Below are positions 35,973 to 48,862 of a stretch of DNA of 64,000 bases, in pieces (position 1 is the stretch's first letter; each line of letters opens with the position of its first letter). Source of the stretch: Obrimoposthia wandeli (taxonomy: Eukaryota); NCBI GenBank assembly GCA_977020255.1, contig CDROCS010000384.1, positions 62,001 through 126,000 of the forward strand, given 5' to 3'. The position numbers and the translations under genes were made by a program. The notes under the pieces are model-generated. The model worked only from the letters and a program-made list of their open reading frames with translations. It ran no database searches and was not told the origin of the DNA.

Positions 35973-38072
35973 TTGTAAAACTATGGATATTGTAAATCAC
36001 TTGCTGTAGATTATCACCACAACCAATGCTTGAACATTCACAAAAATCTTACTCACACATATCCACCAGATCTTCTATCTCTGCTTCTGTGTTTCTACTT
36101 ATTATCACAACTTTCCTTGACATCGTACAGATTTACATTTAAAACGCAAATTGATGACGTCTTTTCTTTAACATAAGTTCTACTTTGGTCATTTAGTCTA
36201 ATTAACAAAATTTTCAATTCAATTTTAATGATTGCTACAATTTACACCAATTTTAAAGTTTAGAAATGGTCAGTCAATAATTTTTATTATTAAAATTTAA
36301 AATAATTCAACCTCTAATCTAATTGGTGGAGATTATATAGTTGAAAACATAATTAACAAAATGCAAAATTTTCCAAATAACGAAATTAGGCAACTTAATA
36401 ATTCTTTCTGCGAAGGAAGCTAATGATGTTGTCATAATTTATAACGATTTAATAGAGTTTTAACAAATAATGTAGAACTTGCAAGTTCTTGTTTGGACGC
36501 CACGTCATAGATTTTCTCGTCTCTCATATCTCTGTATTAAATCCTGAAAGTTGTGGTCACATTAAGAATATATCAAACGTAGCTATTATATTTTTACTGA
36601 TTTTGTATTGATTTTTTTAATTTTGGTCTTTTAACTGATGACTGTATTGCAATGAAATTATTAATATTTTGAATAATTATGAAGTAAACTGATAAATCAT
36701 TCTTCATAAATTTTATAAATATTAAATAAAATTTGAAGGATTTTAGTCTGAATTTTACAATACCTAGAGTATATATGCGCAATATATGGGGCATCAGAAT
36801 GATAAACTGTTTTAAATAATGGGACTTAATTGAAATTTATGACTTTACTATCCTATCCTGATCGACAAATAAAATAAATATATTTCAACAACTTTCATTC
36901 TATATTTGGTAAAATTTAATGTTACATTTTAATTTTGTTTAAATAAATCCAATAATTTATTCTCCTTCAGCCATCTAAAATACTGATTGAACATTGGTCT
37001 ATTATAGAGAAATGCTAAATGGGTGTTTTTTTAATTTTATGAGTTCAAAGAAATCAATGAATCGTTTTAGTGTGCTGATTTGTGTAAACATGTAAGAGAC
37101 AGTTTTATAAACCCCACTTTTACACATGTGTTGCTTGGGTGATACAAAGGTGATATTACATATTTGATAGAACACAACAATGTAGCACCAGTACCCTTTT
37201 TCATTGACAATAATAGGCTTATACTCCGGAAAGACCTGTTTACCAGCGTCTACTGTACTCGTGATTGAAAAAGTAAGGAGTCTCGTTACTTCCAGAGAAT
37301 CAATATATGCCTGCATGTTAAGTATAGAGCCAAAAATGCTTAGATTACTTATGTTATTTACGAGGAATAGCTCACAATGTGGGACAAAGTTTTACGATTT
37401 TTCAACCCTTCAATGCTTTTAATTAAGAATAACTGTTCAATTCACCCTAAAGTAAAACTTACAAACTTTCGTTTAGAACTTATCTTATCTAATACAACAT
37501 CCATAAGGGGATTCCATCAGTCAGAATTATTGCAGCTCTTACTGCACCATTTCGAATCTGGTAATATTAAGCTAATGACTTCAGATATCAACATTAGCTA
37601 AACGGTTTCAATTCTTGAAGCAAATAAGCTAATTGCCAAGAGTTGTTATGCCCCAAACTATAGGAAATTGCTATAGGAAAAATGGTTTTACCGATATAAA
37701 CATTTAAACTGTTCAATTTTCAAAATTTTATTTATGAAGTATATATATTGTCATATGCCTAAAATTAAGAGACGTACGTATCATTCAATAACATCATCTG
37801 CTACAATGAAAAAACTTACGTTATCGAAGATCTCATAGAAAATATTAAGGACAAGCGACCACGTTTTGATGAAAACTATGAATAGAATAAAGAAGATGAA
37901 TACGATTTTATTGATCATAAGGCAGCAAAGATGTGTGTCGATAATCTTCAAACATGCACGAGGCAACCGGAGTTTAAATTTTATTTCTTGTTTTGACCCT
38001 CTTCAAGATTAGTTAAATAAAAAGAATTCAAAACATAAAATGCAACTCATATCTGATTCTCAATTGCCCTAG

Positions 38073-38096
38073 TATATATATATATATATATATATA
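38073..38096. repeat. (TA)n microsatellite, ~12 units
   Basis: Direct reading. Confidence 0.95.
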
Positions 38097-38289
38097 AATT
38101 TAATATTTCATACAATATTTGAATTTATTTCATTCTGTTCTTTTTTATATCACAACGTGAAAATATTTTGTGATAAATATTGTATGTATTACTGAAATGA
38201 GTACTTTTATAAAAATATAGAGGCTGTCCAAAAAGGGCTTCTCATTTTTTAAAGACGTGTGAAAGATATAAAGTAATGCTTATAGATGA

Positions 38290-39748
38290 TGTTGGGGTTT
38301 ATATTTGAAACTAGATCCTCGTATGGATTACCCCAACTTGAGTTCTGTAGCAATAGGGCTTACAGATGTATGTGGCCTATTTAGGTTATATCTTACTTAA
38401 CTTAGTCACAAGTCTGAAGTTTTTTTGTGCTAATGTAGTGCGAGATGTGTACAAATATGTGTGTATAAGGTACTGAAGGGGTTCCCTTATTGTAGTATGG
38501 TGTGTGGAGGGATTCGTGTCGTTCTAATCCTATGTGGGTTGATCGATTGACTATACTTGATGTGTAGGAAATATATTTATTTACGCTCGACTAAAAAGTG
38601 TGAAGATGACAATAATTTGCACTTAGCTAAAAAGGTGTTACAACGACAATAATTTGTCCTTAACTAAAAAGATCTTTCAACTACAATAATTTGTCCGACC
38701 GCACTTGCTTCTACAAGGTTAAACAAGGATGACCCTGGCCTAACGTATTGATTTTAAGTCTCCTAGTAATTCTACAAGTTCCTTTTTGGTTTGATTTTGG
38801 TTTGATTTTACTCTCTGAACTGACCTTATTCAGTACAGGAAAAGTTGATAAAGATCGAGTGCAACTTTTCAAGTTTTATGACTTCACTGGTATGAAAATA
38901 ACGATTAATAAAATTCCGATGTTCCAGTTTGTTAGTCAAACTTCGAAAGTCAATAAAACTTTAGGTTACGGTTTATCCAAAATTCAATGTACTTTTATTT
39001 TACGATTTATCCCAATTTTATGAAATTCAATATATTACTTTCCCAATTTCCAAATTCACGACTTTAACACAACTTTTATAAATTCAACCAATTCCCCAAT
39101 TTTATGAAATTCAATATATTACTTTCCCAATTTCCAAATTCAATATATTATTTTTATTTTTGTTTTAATTCTCACCTCTTCCTAATACGATCCACCGAAA
39201 GTCCACTGCAAGGTTCACAGAAAGTCCACGGATACATCCACAGAAAATCCACGGAGAGATCCTCAGAGAGCTTCACAGAATCCAATCTTGTCTTGGCTCT
39301 CCTGTCGTATTGGTATCTGCAAGATAATTTCTTCGGTCACAGGAATTCTGTTGGAGTCCTTTCCAAGTTCTTTTTAAAATAGTTGAATATCGCTTCTGCA
39401 ATCACTTTCCGAGTTGTTTCAGAACAATTAAATATTTCTTCTGAATTTACTTTCCGAGTTGTTTTAGTAATTGAGCTCGTGATCCTTTTATACTTTTCTG
39501 CAGAATAGTGCACTTAGCAAAACTAATGTTCACTGCTATTCTTTTTCCAGAGAAGTCTGAGGCTAATGGCCAGACGGGCTTTCCCACGTTTTCCCCGTAG
39601 CATGTCGGGACTTAATGGACCTTAAGGTCCTTAAACTTATTCAAAGTTATTAAAATTATTTTGTCATTTTATTTTATTTAGCTATGCTTTCAAGGTTCTA
39701 TTTTCCTATATAAATAATTAATTAATGCTGTAAATCCTAATCCTACCA
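38290..39748 (+). mobile_element. Solo-LTR copy E (1459 bp)
   Basis: Termini TGTTGGGG...CCTAATCCTACCA. 4-bp TSD ATGA at 38286-38289 and 39749-39752. Confidence 0.9.
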
Positions 39749-39789
39749 ATGACATTATTTCCAAACTAAAACGATGTCATAAATTCAAT

Positions 39790-40080
39790 TCAAAAATATT
39801 TCAGCAAAATGGAGCACCTCCACTTTGGGAATTTAGGGTACACCTAATTGGATGTTATTTCCCCAAATCGGAAGAAACAGCTTAATTTCATGACTTTTTT
39901 ACTGGTTTAAATCTTACAACACTAGATTTTTCTCTGGGGTTTTATAAAGGAGGTAATTTACATTCAGAGTTCAAAGAATTTAGAGAATTAAAAGATGTTA
40001 ATAAGTAATTCAGTTGGTTTGGTTTCACCGGAGACTTTAAAAAAACACTTGCCAATTCGGAAAAACGTATGGTCAAAGTG
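39790..40080 (+). mobile_element. Tc1/mariner-like transposase remnant, apparently interrupted by LTR copy E
   Basis: FQQNGAPP and LTTLDF.LWG.xK-type motifs. A TIR-like AGGCTGTCCAAAAA lies at ~38221, left of the LTR. Confidence 0.65.
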
Positions 40081-43000
40081 TAGATGGTGATATTTTTAGG
40101 TTTATATCTTGTATATTTCAGGTTTATTTTGGATCTAAATTACTGGTGTTTGTTAATTTAAATTGCTTGATTTTTAACTTAGAATCTAGGAGTCACATTA
40201 AGGAGAGTCTGTATTATTGATATTATTGAGTAATTCAGTTAATTTAGGCATACAGTTAATCGTGTAAAATTTCATATGACAAACGTGCCTTAATTAAGCA
40301 GATTCCCAAAATTTTATCAGTCACAATAACTATATCAAAATCTAAAAAATTCTTACTTTTAAAAATTAAATTTCATTTATTAAATTCTACTCTCAAAAGT
40401 AATTGGTAAACAAAAATTATTTCCAAATTTATGGTCAGTTTGATTCAAGTTAGTTTTAATTCTACGTATCCATTGGTTTCTGCAATGTTCATTCAGAATC
40501 TGATTGTTTCTACTAAATGACATTTTAAAATTTTTAAAATATATTCTTCACTGTACGATCACAATAAATAACAAAGTACACGTCACAAAACAAACAAAAA
40601 TTCAACACCAACTGTCTTAAAAAATCAAAACTTCTGTATCACAAAATGTCAGGTTATAATATAACCAGACACACCACAAGCACTCTAAAGTGCACTATAA
40701 AACTAAAACCGGTCTCCAATTGGCCAATCACCTCAAACCAAGGGATTCCGCAAGAATGTTGAATCCCGTTGTAGAAAGTACTTAAAGTACATTTCAAAAT
40801 TCATTTCAAACATACTCCTCTCCATGATCGAACTCGATTATCAAACAAACAATTCATGGAGGTATAAAAACACATTCCCGACAACAACAACAACATACCC
40901 ATACAACTCACCTCAAAACCAATCTCCGCTTTACTCTGGCTCTTAACACTTAAAATTAACTACTGAAATTTTAGATACAATGCTGTCATTTTAATGGTCG
41001 ATGTTTATGAAGCTATTCAAATTTATGCCGGATTCTTTATCAAAATATATCTAGAGATAGTGCACTAGAGTACATAGAGTAGATATGAAACTTATACTAT
41101 GGATATAAACATTTATAACAGATAATTTAAAATAAATAAATAAAGTACTTTAAGTTGGAACAGTTTTAACAAGTACACTATAATTTTTTTATAGGATTGA
41201 TAGAAAATACCCAAAGATCAGATTCAGTCTACATTACAAATGAACTAAACAACTTCACGGGTATTCCTAACTTCTAAAATAAGAATTGTAGAATTACAAC
41301 CGTTTTCAGACATATTTTTTGAAACTTAACTGACAACTTTTGAAATGTTTCTTATCGATGTGCGTGTATTTTAAGAAAATGTAATTTTAAAATAATTAAT
41401 TAATATCTCTACTAATTTTGTATGTTCATATCAATGATGGCTAAATTATTTTTTAATGTACAACAATTTAGCAGGTAAAATGTACCATCAAGCTTGGCTG
41501 TGTTATATGTCAACTGTACCGCATTTGTACGCGAATCAGTGACAGATATGAAAAATTATTACAACAAAACACACGATTTTTTTGAAGTATAGAAAGTCAT
41601 GTTAGGTTTGGAATTGTCCTAAAAAAATTAAAATTTTTTGATTCTTGCCAATCGGGTTTTCAATTTTTCGAGCAATTGGCAACATTATTTAAAATTTATT
41701 TTGATAGTTATATTTGTTATTTGATAGTTATCCTTGGTAGTTATATTTGTTTGCCCAATAGTTTGAGTTGATAGTTCCAAGAACAAAGCCATATTCGATG
41801 ATGCAACCAGGATCATTTTCTTATAATTATTTTCATGCATATTCCGTAGAGTTGGATTAAAGACTAATAATAAAAAATCCTTTAAAAAAATTAATTAAGT
41901 AAAAATTATCAAAGCTGCATATATTCGTTGATGCATATAGTCGTTGGTAATTTCAGACAGTGACAATCGTTTGATCGTTTCGCTCTGCTGGACTTGTTCT
42001 TATCTCTGATTTCGCGGTGGGCGAACGTCCGCGAAGTTAGATTTAAGAAAATTAAAGAACAACTTCCCTCAACATGTGCACACTGTAATGTACGATACTT
42101 GTATGTGTGTATAGGAACATTCTACTACACATACTTTCTTTTATGTTACATATTGACTTTCTCTTCTCTCGCATACTCGCTCTTTTTGCTCACGCACTCA
42201 CTCTTTGTTATTTCTGTGATCTCATATGCTAATTCCCTGTTTTGTATGTGTGTATCTGAATTAAAATGTTTTTCGTGCTGCCCAGATTCCAGATAGCTTG
42301 TACTGCCACAACTCCACATAGACACTGTGGAGTTGCTTTTCTCCTTTGACAGTGGGATTTATCCGCAGCCTGGAAGCAGATCAGCAATGTAGTGTAGTTG
42401 TCTTACAGTTCGACTATAAAGCAGCACATCTCATTCGCTTTATGATATAAATCAAATTAAATTATCTTGAATTTATAACACAGACTGAATTGTAATTACG
42501 AATTATACTACTATTGAAATAATTATTATTGCAACTGAAAAGCAGAAATTTACAATTGTTAAGTAGATAAAAGTTTGAATAAGAATTATATATTTCAAAT
42601 TATTTGATTATTTTTTCACCTACCCAAAAACAAACTTTACAGTAGTTTTTCATCCATTTCTTTTCTGTAATTTCTTTGTGATTTGTAAGGTTATCAAGCA
42701 CCCTGAAGATCAGGAATCTTTAGTCAATGAACGTGAGCTGCCACTGTATTGACCTTCACAAACGACCTTCAGAGTACCAGTCTCTTGCGTGACTTTTTTC
42801 CTCGACCAAAGCTTCTTCACAAATGTTAACATTTAAAACTGTATTGCTGCTAAAATGTTACTTCTGAATTAAATGAACTATTTGTGATTTTTTGTCTGTG
42901 TTTTTCATGACAATTTAATAAAAATGGCAACATATAGTTTTTGTTTTTATTATTTTGAAACAAAATGCTTTTTAGTGTCAAATTTTCGAAGCTAATATTT

Positions 43001-43331
43001 TCAAAAGTATAGCTCAGGATTTGAATTTGGTCGGAACTAGTGACAAGTTAATAATTTTCTGAAACTAGAAAATTTATCTAACTTAATTCCATTAATACTT
43101 TAAATGGTGTTTTTCAGATATTTTATAACTGACATTTTTATTAACAATCTTAATAACGAAAGTTTTTGTAAATTAAATAAAGTGGCATATTTCAGGTGTT
43201 TTAACTATCTAAACATTTCCACTTTTCAAGGTTAAGATTAAGTTAAACAATTAAATATTTTTTCAATTGCTATTTATGGGTAATATTTTCGTGAATTATC
43301 TTTGATTATTGTCTAAATAATCATATTTCAG

Positions 43332-43430
43332 GAAAAATCAAATGTCTTATTTGTAAGAAACGTTGTGAAGGAAGTGTACTGAAGATCAAGGAGAATAAAT
43401 TTATCCACAGAAAATGCTTTCTATGTCACA
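43332..43430 (+). CDS. ABLIM: abLIM/UNC-115 exon encoding most of LIM1
   Basis: (G)KIKCLICKKRCEGSVLKIKENKFIHRKCFLCH. TTTCAG acceptor, GTAATT donor; phase 1/1 joins 62765. A candidate ATG-G start exon at 43276-43279 would imply a 52-nt intron. Confidence 0.85.
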
Positions 43431-44249
43431 GTAATTTTATTTTATTTTGTTTATTTTAGTCTGATTAACTTGAGATTATTGAATATTTTGTTAAATCAAA
43501 GTACATCTTGTTGAACAAAGTTTTCTTTGATATTTTATTTGCAGTTAGAGCTCAGCACTGTAATTGTGTGTATTAATTTTGTACAATTTATTTAGATTAA
43601 CTGTAACATATTTTGAGAACAATTTTTATTTCTTATATTTTCCCAAAAGTGAAAAAGAATCATTCAGATATTGTTTTATTTTGAAAAAATTTGTGAAACG
43701 TTTTGAGTTAGAAATAAATATTTAGTTAACATTGGACGAAAGCTAAATTACCTTCAATAAGAATAGAACATAAAGTTTTAAGGATTTTAAAAGAAATTTT
43801 GTAGTTTTATTCTAAATAGGGTTTCTATAAGTTGGTGTTTAATATATAACCTGAAGTAAATAATATTTATCAAAAGTTACAACTGCCATGTTTATGGATG
43901 CTATTGTCACTTATGGGATTGACTTCCACAACTCATTATTCTACAATCTTTTACTATTTTATCTTAATAGATTTCAATTAACTATAACAAAGAAATGAGG
44001 ATTATAATAAATATTTATAAGTCGTCTAAAAAGTAAGAGGACTGAAAATCTATAGATTTGAACTACAGTGGCTGCCGTTAAATGCTCCAATAGAGTATAG
44101 TTGACTCCATTTAGAAATACATTTTGGATTTATCAACTCAGGAAACGAAAGTCGCTGAATAATCAAGACGTTCTTGTTAGTCTGCATCATTTATGAGTTA
44201 ATAATACAAACAATGTCAATGTCATCACATGAAAAACCTTTCATGGTCA

Positions 44250-44520
44250 TTAGCTTTGGTGGGCAGTTCTCTTAAAAGTCAGCGTTGATCTTTTTCTAGA
44301 GACTGTCAAAAAAATAACTCTGAATTCAAGAATAACAAAATCGAACATTCTAATCGAGCAAGCCAAAGTCGCATTTCAGCAGCTGTTGGATTCTCAGGGT
44401 GTTTTTCATCGTCATCATCATTTGAAACATTTTCTACGCTCACTTCAAGTTCCTCTTTAATCAGTGCAGAATGCCACCTAGTGTTTTTACCACTATGCGC
44501 CTTCATTCCCTCTGAGTATG
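44250..44520 (-). mobile_element. Possible Tigger/pogo C-terminal remnant
   Basis: Acidic tract followed by PTAAEMRLWL resembles Tigger C-termini. Weak evidence. Confidence 0.3.
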
Positions 44521-45337
44521 TGTTACAAGTGGTTTGTCTGTTCTGCCTGTCACATCTTCGACTTATGTTGTAGCACCTTTAGCGAAAGCTGTCTGTACCG
44601 CAGGTCAACACAACATATCTTGAGCCTGAACGAATAAGCGGTTGTATCTTCCTTTCAAGTGATATCAACATATTCACAGGTTGATTTATAAATTGAGGGA
44701 TTTTGAAGGAAAAATTCAGTCTCAATCCAATATGAATGCATTAAGCGACTGGATTTATTATCCATAGATTTATATTATTAAATCTATATATATTAATACA
44801 TTATTAAATCAATGTAATATCGATAGGATATTAATTAGGCATTGTCAGTGAAGCCATAGATATGAAAATTGAAAAGAAAATCGAATTTGAAAAGTTGGAT
44901 TTCGCCTTCTCAATTGCATCTCCCAATTTATTCAATCTTCTCTCAATCCACAAATGTCAACCACACAACAAACATAATAGTATAGTAAATTCTTTAATTT
45001 TCAGTTTTTATTATTCAAAAGTTTCCATTCAGCCTCAAAACAGTGTTGCAATCTTCCAGTCTCTAAGACAGACATTTTTACATAATTCGCTGGAAAACGT
45101 TTAGAAACTTTCTGTTATTTAATTTTTGGGCACATAAGTGAAAAAATTGGTCGTTTACTGATATGAATTGGGAATTTTTTAACATAATTATAACGGTTTA
45201 CAATCCATTCAAATGAGATTTAGCTTCATCGCTCCAAATGATTAGCTTTGATAAGTTTTCATTGTAAGCCAACATTTCATGGAATGTGTTTGTTTCCATT
45301 ATGACATTAACATTAAAAAGTCGAACTCCATCGCATA

Positions 45338-45643
45338 ACTTGAACATTTATTTGCATTCATTAAAATAACACTGACTTTTCGACCCCGACTCTGCATTCC
45401 GACATTTTCCTATGAAATCCGATACTCTGAACTGTCTACTCGAAATCAAACATTGAAAATTGTCTAATTTGAATACAAAATATTTTTACTAATGCATATT
45501 TAAATTTCATTATTTATACCATATTGGTATTTATGTTTTCTGAAACTGAAACTGCGGAAGTACGGTAATACATTTAAACAAAATGCATTTTCGCAGTTTT
45601 CTTTATTTAATTTTCTTTTTGAAATACAATTTATATTGCAACA
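45338..45643 (+). repeat. ~300-bp dispersed repeat or TIR, inverted relative to 48576-48862; its end carries a 63-bp tandem duplication (~45580-45710)
   Basis: Examples: AATACATTTAAACAAAATG vs CATTTTGTTTAAATGTATT, and ATTATTTATACCATATTGGTAT vs ATACCAATATGGTATAAATAAT. Confidence 0.8.
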
Positions 45644-46690
45644 GAATGCATTTTCGCAGTTTTCTTTATTTAATTTTCTTTTTGAAATACAATTTATATT
45701 GCAACAGAATGCTTTACAAAATTCGGTTCCTCGATTAAAATTGTCCTCTAATAGCTGTTTTCATTTTCAGTTGATAAAAACTCTCAGATACTAAAATCAT
45801 TGTTGCTACAGTAGGTGGAACTGTGACAATTTCTTTTTCAGGTGCGAGTGATGATTATTGGAGAATAAGATTAGCATTTATATTCTATAGTCTTTATTCT
45901 TCCAGCAAAATAAAATCGGCCACTACATTGCTGTCTTTGCATATTAATTGAAAATTAGTGATTTAGAAAAAATTAAATTTTCTGTAGAATGTTCCAGAAA
46001 AATTGATACGTAGGCTTTTATTTTATCGTCTTTTAAGGTTGTATAACTATATAAAATCACCACGTATATCAAATTCAAGACATGATGGAATAAACACTAC
46101 TTCATATATATGTATGTGCATCTCAGGAAACTGGAGCTTCTTTAAGACAGATTTTAGTACCATACCAAATATTCTTTTATTATTGTTACATCAAGAAAGA
46201 ATGCCTTAAAATTAGCTAAAATCACTGCAATTATCTTTTGCTTTTTTTTCATTTTGTCATGCCATTTAAAAAGCAGAAATTTGTACCTGAAATAAAAATA
46301 ACAACTGTTTAGTATACATTTTCCCGCACATTCCCTCGGTTTCTATTCATTTAAATGGTAAGTGTAAAATATCTTCTTCTATTCGGTCTTTGTAATTTTT
46401 TCTTACGAGTTTCATTAAACTAAAAATATTATTCTGGACTATCTTTGTAAACTTAATTTAATAAGTAACTAAGCCGCTTCATAAACCGTTGTTAAATGAA
46501 AAAAGAAAATGTAGCTACGGACGAGGTTTCTTAGATGATTCAGTGTGAAATGTACGTTAACTTATTTTAATAAATTTGGAAAATTTTAATTTCATTAAAA
46601 CAAAATATTGAAGAAATACTTTTTTTTTAGAATTTCGTACATACAGTTTAAGTAAGTTTAAAAATAATTTGTATTTTCTAAATATGAATT

Positions 46691-47134
46691 TTGGGTGTTC
46701 AGCGAGCTAGATCAGATATTACGGTAAAAGGTAGAACCTACGTCCACTATGTGGAAATTAAAGTTCCCTTTGACAGTAATATGAGTCAAAATAATAGTTA
46801 CAGCAAAGCAATGGACAAATATCAGAATCTAGTCGAGACTACGCGGAAAGATAATAGTGACAAAATGGTAGAACTCTCAGTCATTAGAGTAGGGACCCTC
46901 GGGTTCTGGAATACCAACAACAGCCAACCTTTCCAGGCTTACAAATATTCAGCTGCAGAAAGAAAGAAGATTAAAATACGAATCTCAAGTAAAGTCATAG
47001 AACATACCTGTGTCCAGTGGAATTGCTTTAGACTACGTGGAGTTTTAGAAACTGTGGATACAATACCTGATCGAGTAGATGCTATGACTGCCGACAAGTT
47101 GGAGAGGATTGAAAAGTGGATGTATGTATTATGA
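46691..47134 (+). mobile_element. Restriction-like endonuclease (RLE) domain of an R2/NeSL-type non-LTR retrotransposon, 5'-truncated
   Basis: RSDITV...VEIKVPFD...KYQNL...VGTLGFW corresponds to the R(P)D...(D/E)xK core and VG.LG.W motif. Confidence 0.8.
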
Positions 47135-48575
47135 AAACAAATTACCCATTTAAAATTTCTGACCCATTCTTTTTGGAAGAAATTGAAATACCAGAAAATA
47201 TAATATTTACTTTTCAATTGCTCTGGAATAATCAGAAAATGCAGTCACAACCTGGCAGACCACCAAGCAGTGTCGCACAAACAATCTCCTCTTGAGATTC
47301 ATCGGTCCTACATGAAGTAGAAGACACCTTACACTGTATTGGTATAGGGAATTTAATTCCCTGCATGTGTTTACTATGAATATCGTTTTCTTATCTTATC
47401 TTATTTATAGTACTTTGATACACTTTGATTGATACTATGGTGATGCCAATAGAAAATAAACACTGTTTGACTTTATATGTCCAAATTCTGAAATCCCGTA
47501 GGGCAAATCCTTCTGGATTTTACAAATATTTTCGATATTTGACAAATAAGGACTATATGGTGGCCATTTTAACTATTTTAAACTACTATTCGTAAAATAT
47601 TCAGTTGCCTTTTTACCTGTATGAGCCTTGTATTATTTTGCTGTAGGATGAAATTTTCAATATATTTGGCTCTCAAAGTCAGAACAAGTTTGTTTCTCAT
47701 TATATCAAAATGTTTTCATACATCAAATGTGTCAATAATTAAAAACTGAAATTCAAAATATATTATAAATTGAATAAAGTTTTACTATATTTTGTAAAAA
47801 TTTTTTCGATTAAGTTTTGTTCAAGCTTATTAATTATTGAAAATAATGTATCTGTCCGTTTAAATTGTCCCATAAACATTTCCTTAGAAATATTCTTACA
47901 AATTGCTTTATTGATTATATTATATCAGGTATTATGATTTATAATGTTAATTCATTGAATAATATTTAAAAATAATGTCTAAAGCAACAAGAACAGGTGT
48001 AATAATATGGGATAAATGATCTAAAATTACATAAAAAGAGCTATACAAAGTATTTAAAAAGATGAAATTTGATAAAACACATTTTATTTATAATATTTTC
48101 ACTTTTGTTTTCGTTTAATTTTTATAAAAGAAATTCTTGAAATATCTATTTTAGACAATCTAATATTTTTATTAAAAACAAAACCATTCGATAAACATTA
48201 ACATTTATGTTATCTCTGACATACTTAAATTTCAAGTCATTACAGTATAAACTTGTAAAGTTTCATACAAATATGAAGATATACATATTTTTAAGAACGC
48301 AGTATATTAACAATTATTGTTCAGAAATAATTTATTTCCTAAATGAATAACTTCTGTTATCATTGAGGTGTTTGCCAAAAAAAATTGTTCTCACAAATAA
48401 TTTACACAAAGTTTTTTGTAACTTTCAACTGAAGAACAACATCACAACAGTTTCTTTCAACTTGACACGTTCTCTTCCCAAATTTATTTCTTTGATTGAC
48501 GTAACTTTTTTGATAATGGTTATTATTTATATTCAATTATCTAACCATAAGGTAAACATAAAACATAATGTTACT

Positions 48576-48862
48576 TGTTGCAATAGAAATTGCATTTCAA
48601 AATAACAGATAGAGCAAAAACTGCGGAAGTACATTTTGTTTAAATGTATTATTCTTATTTCCGCAGTTTCTGAATAAACAAATATACCAATATGGTATAA
48701 ATAATGCAAATGCATTTTTCAAATATCAATTTCAATTTTCAAGTTGCATTATCGCAGTTTCAGAGTAAAAAAATATCAAAGTACAATATTTGTGTGTGGA
48801 GTTGGTTCGGTGAGTTATGATAATAATGTTATTTTAATGAATGAAAATAAATGTGATGTTCA
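48576..48862 (-). repeat. Inverted partner of 45338-45643
   Basis: Several collinear reverse-complement matches, read by eye. Confidence 0.8.

Noticed and set aside
42007-42335. GC hairpin (TTCGCGG...CCGCGAA) as a Helitron end, and a possible short solo LTR from 42084
   Set aside because: No CTRR terminus after the hairpin, and no matching TSD for the LTR candidate.
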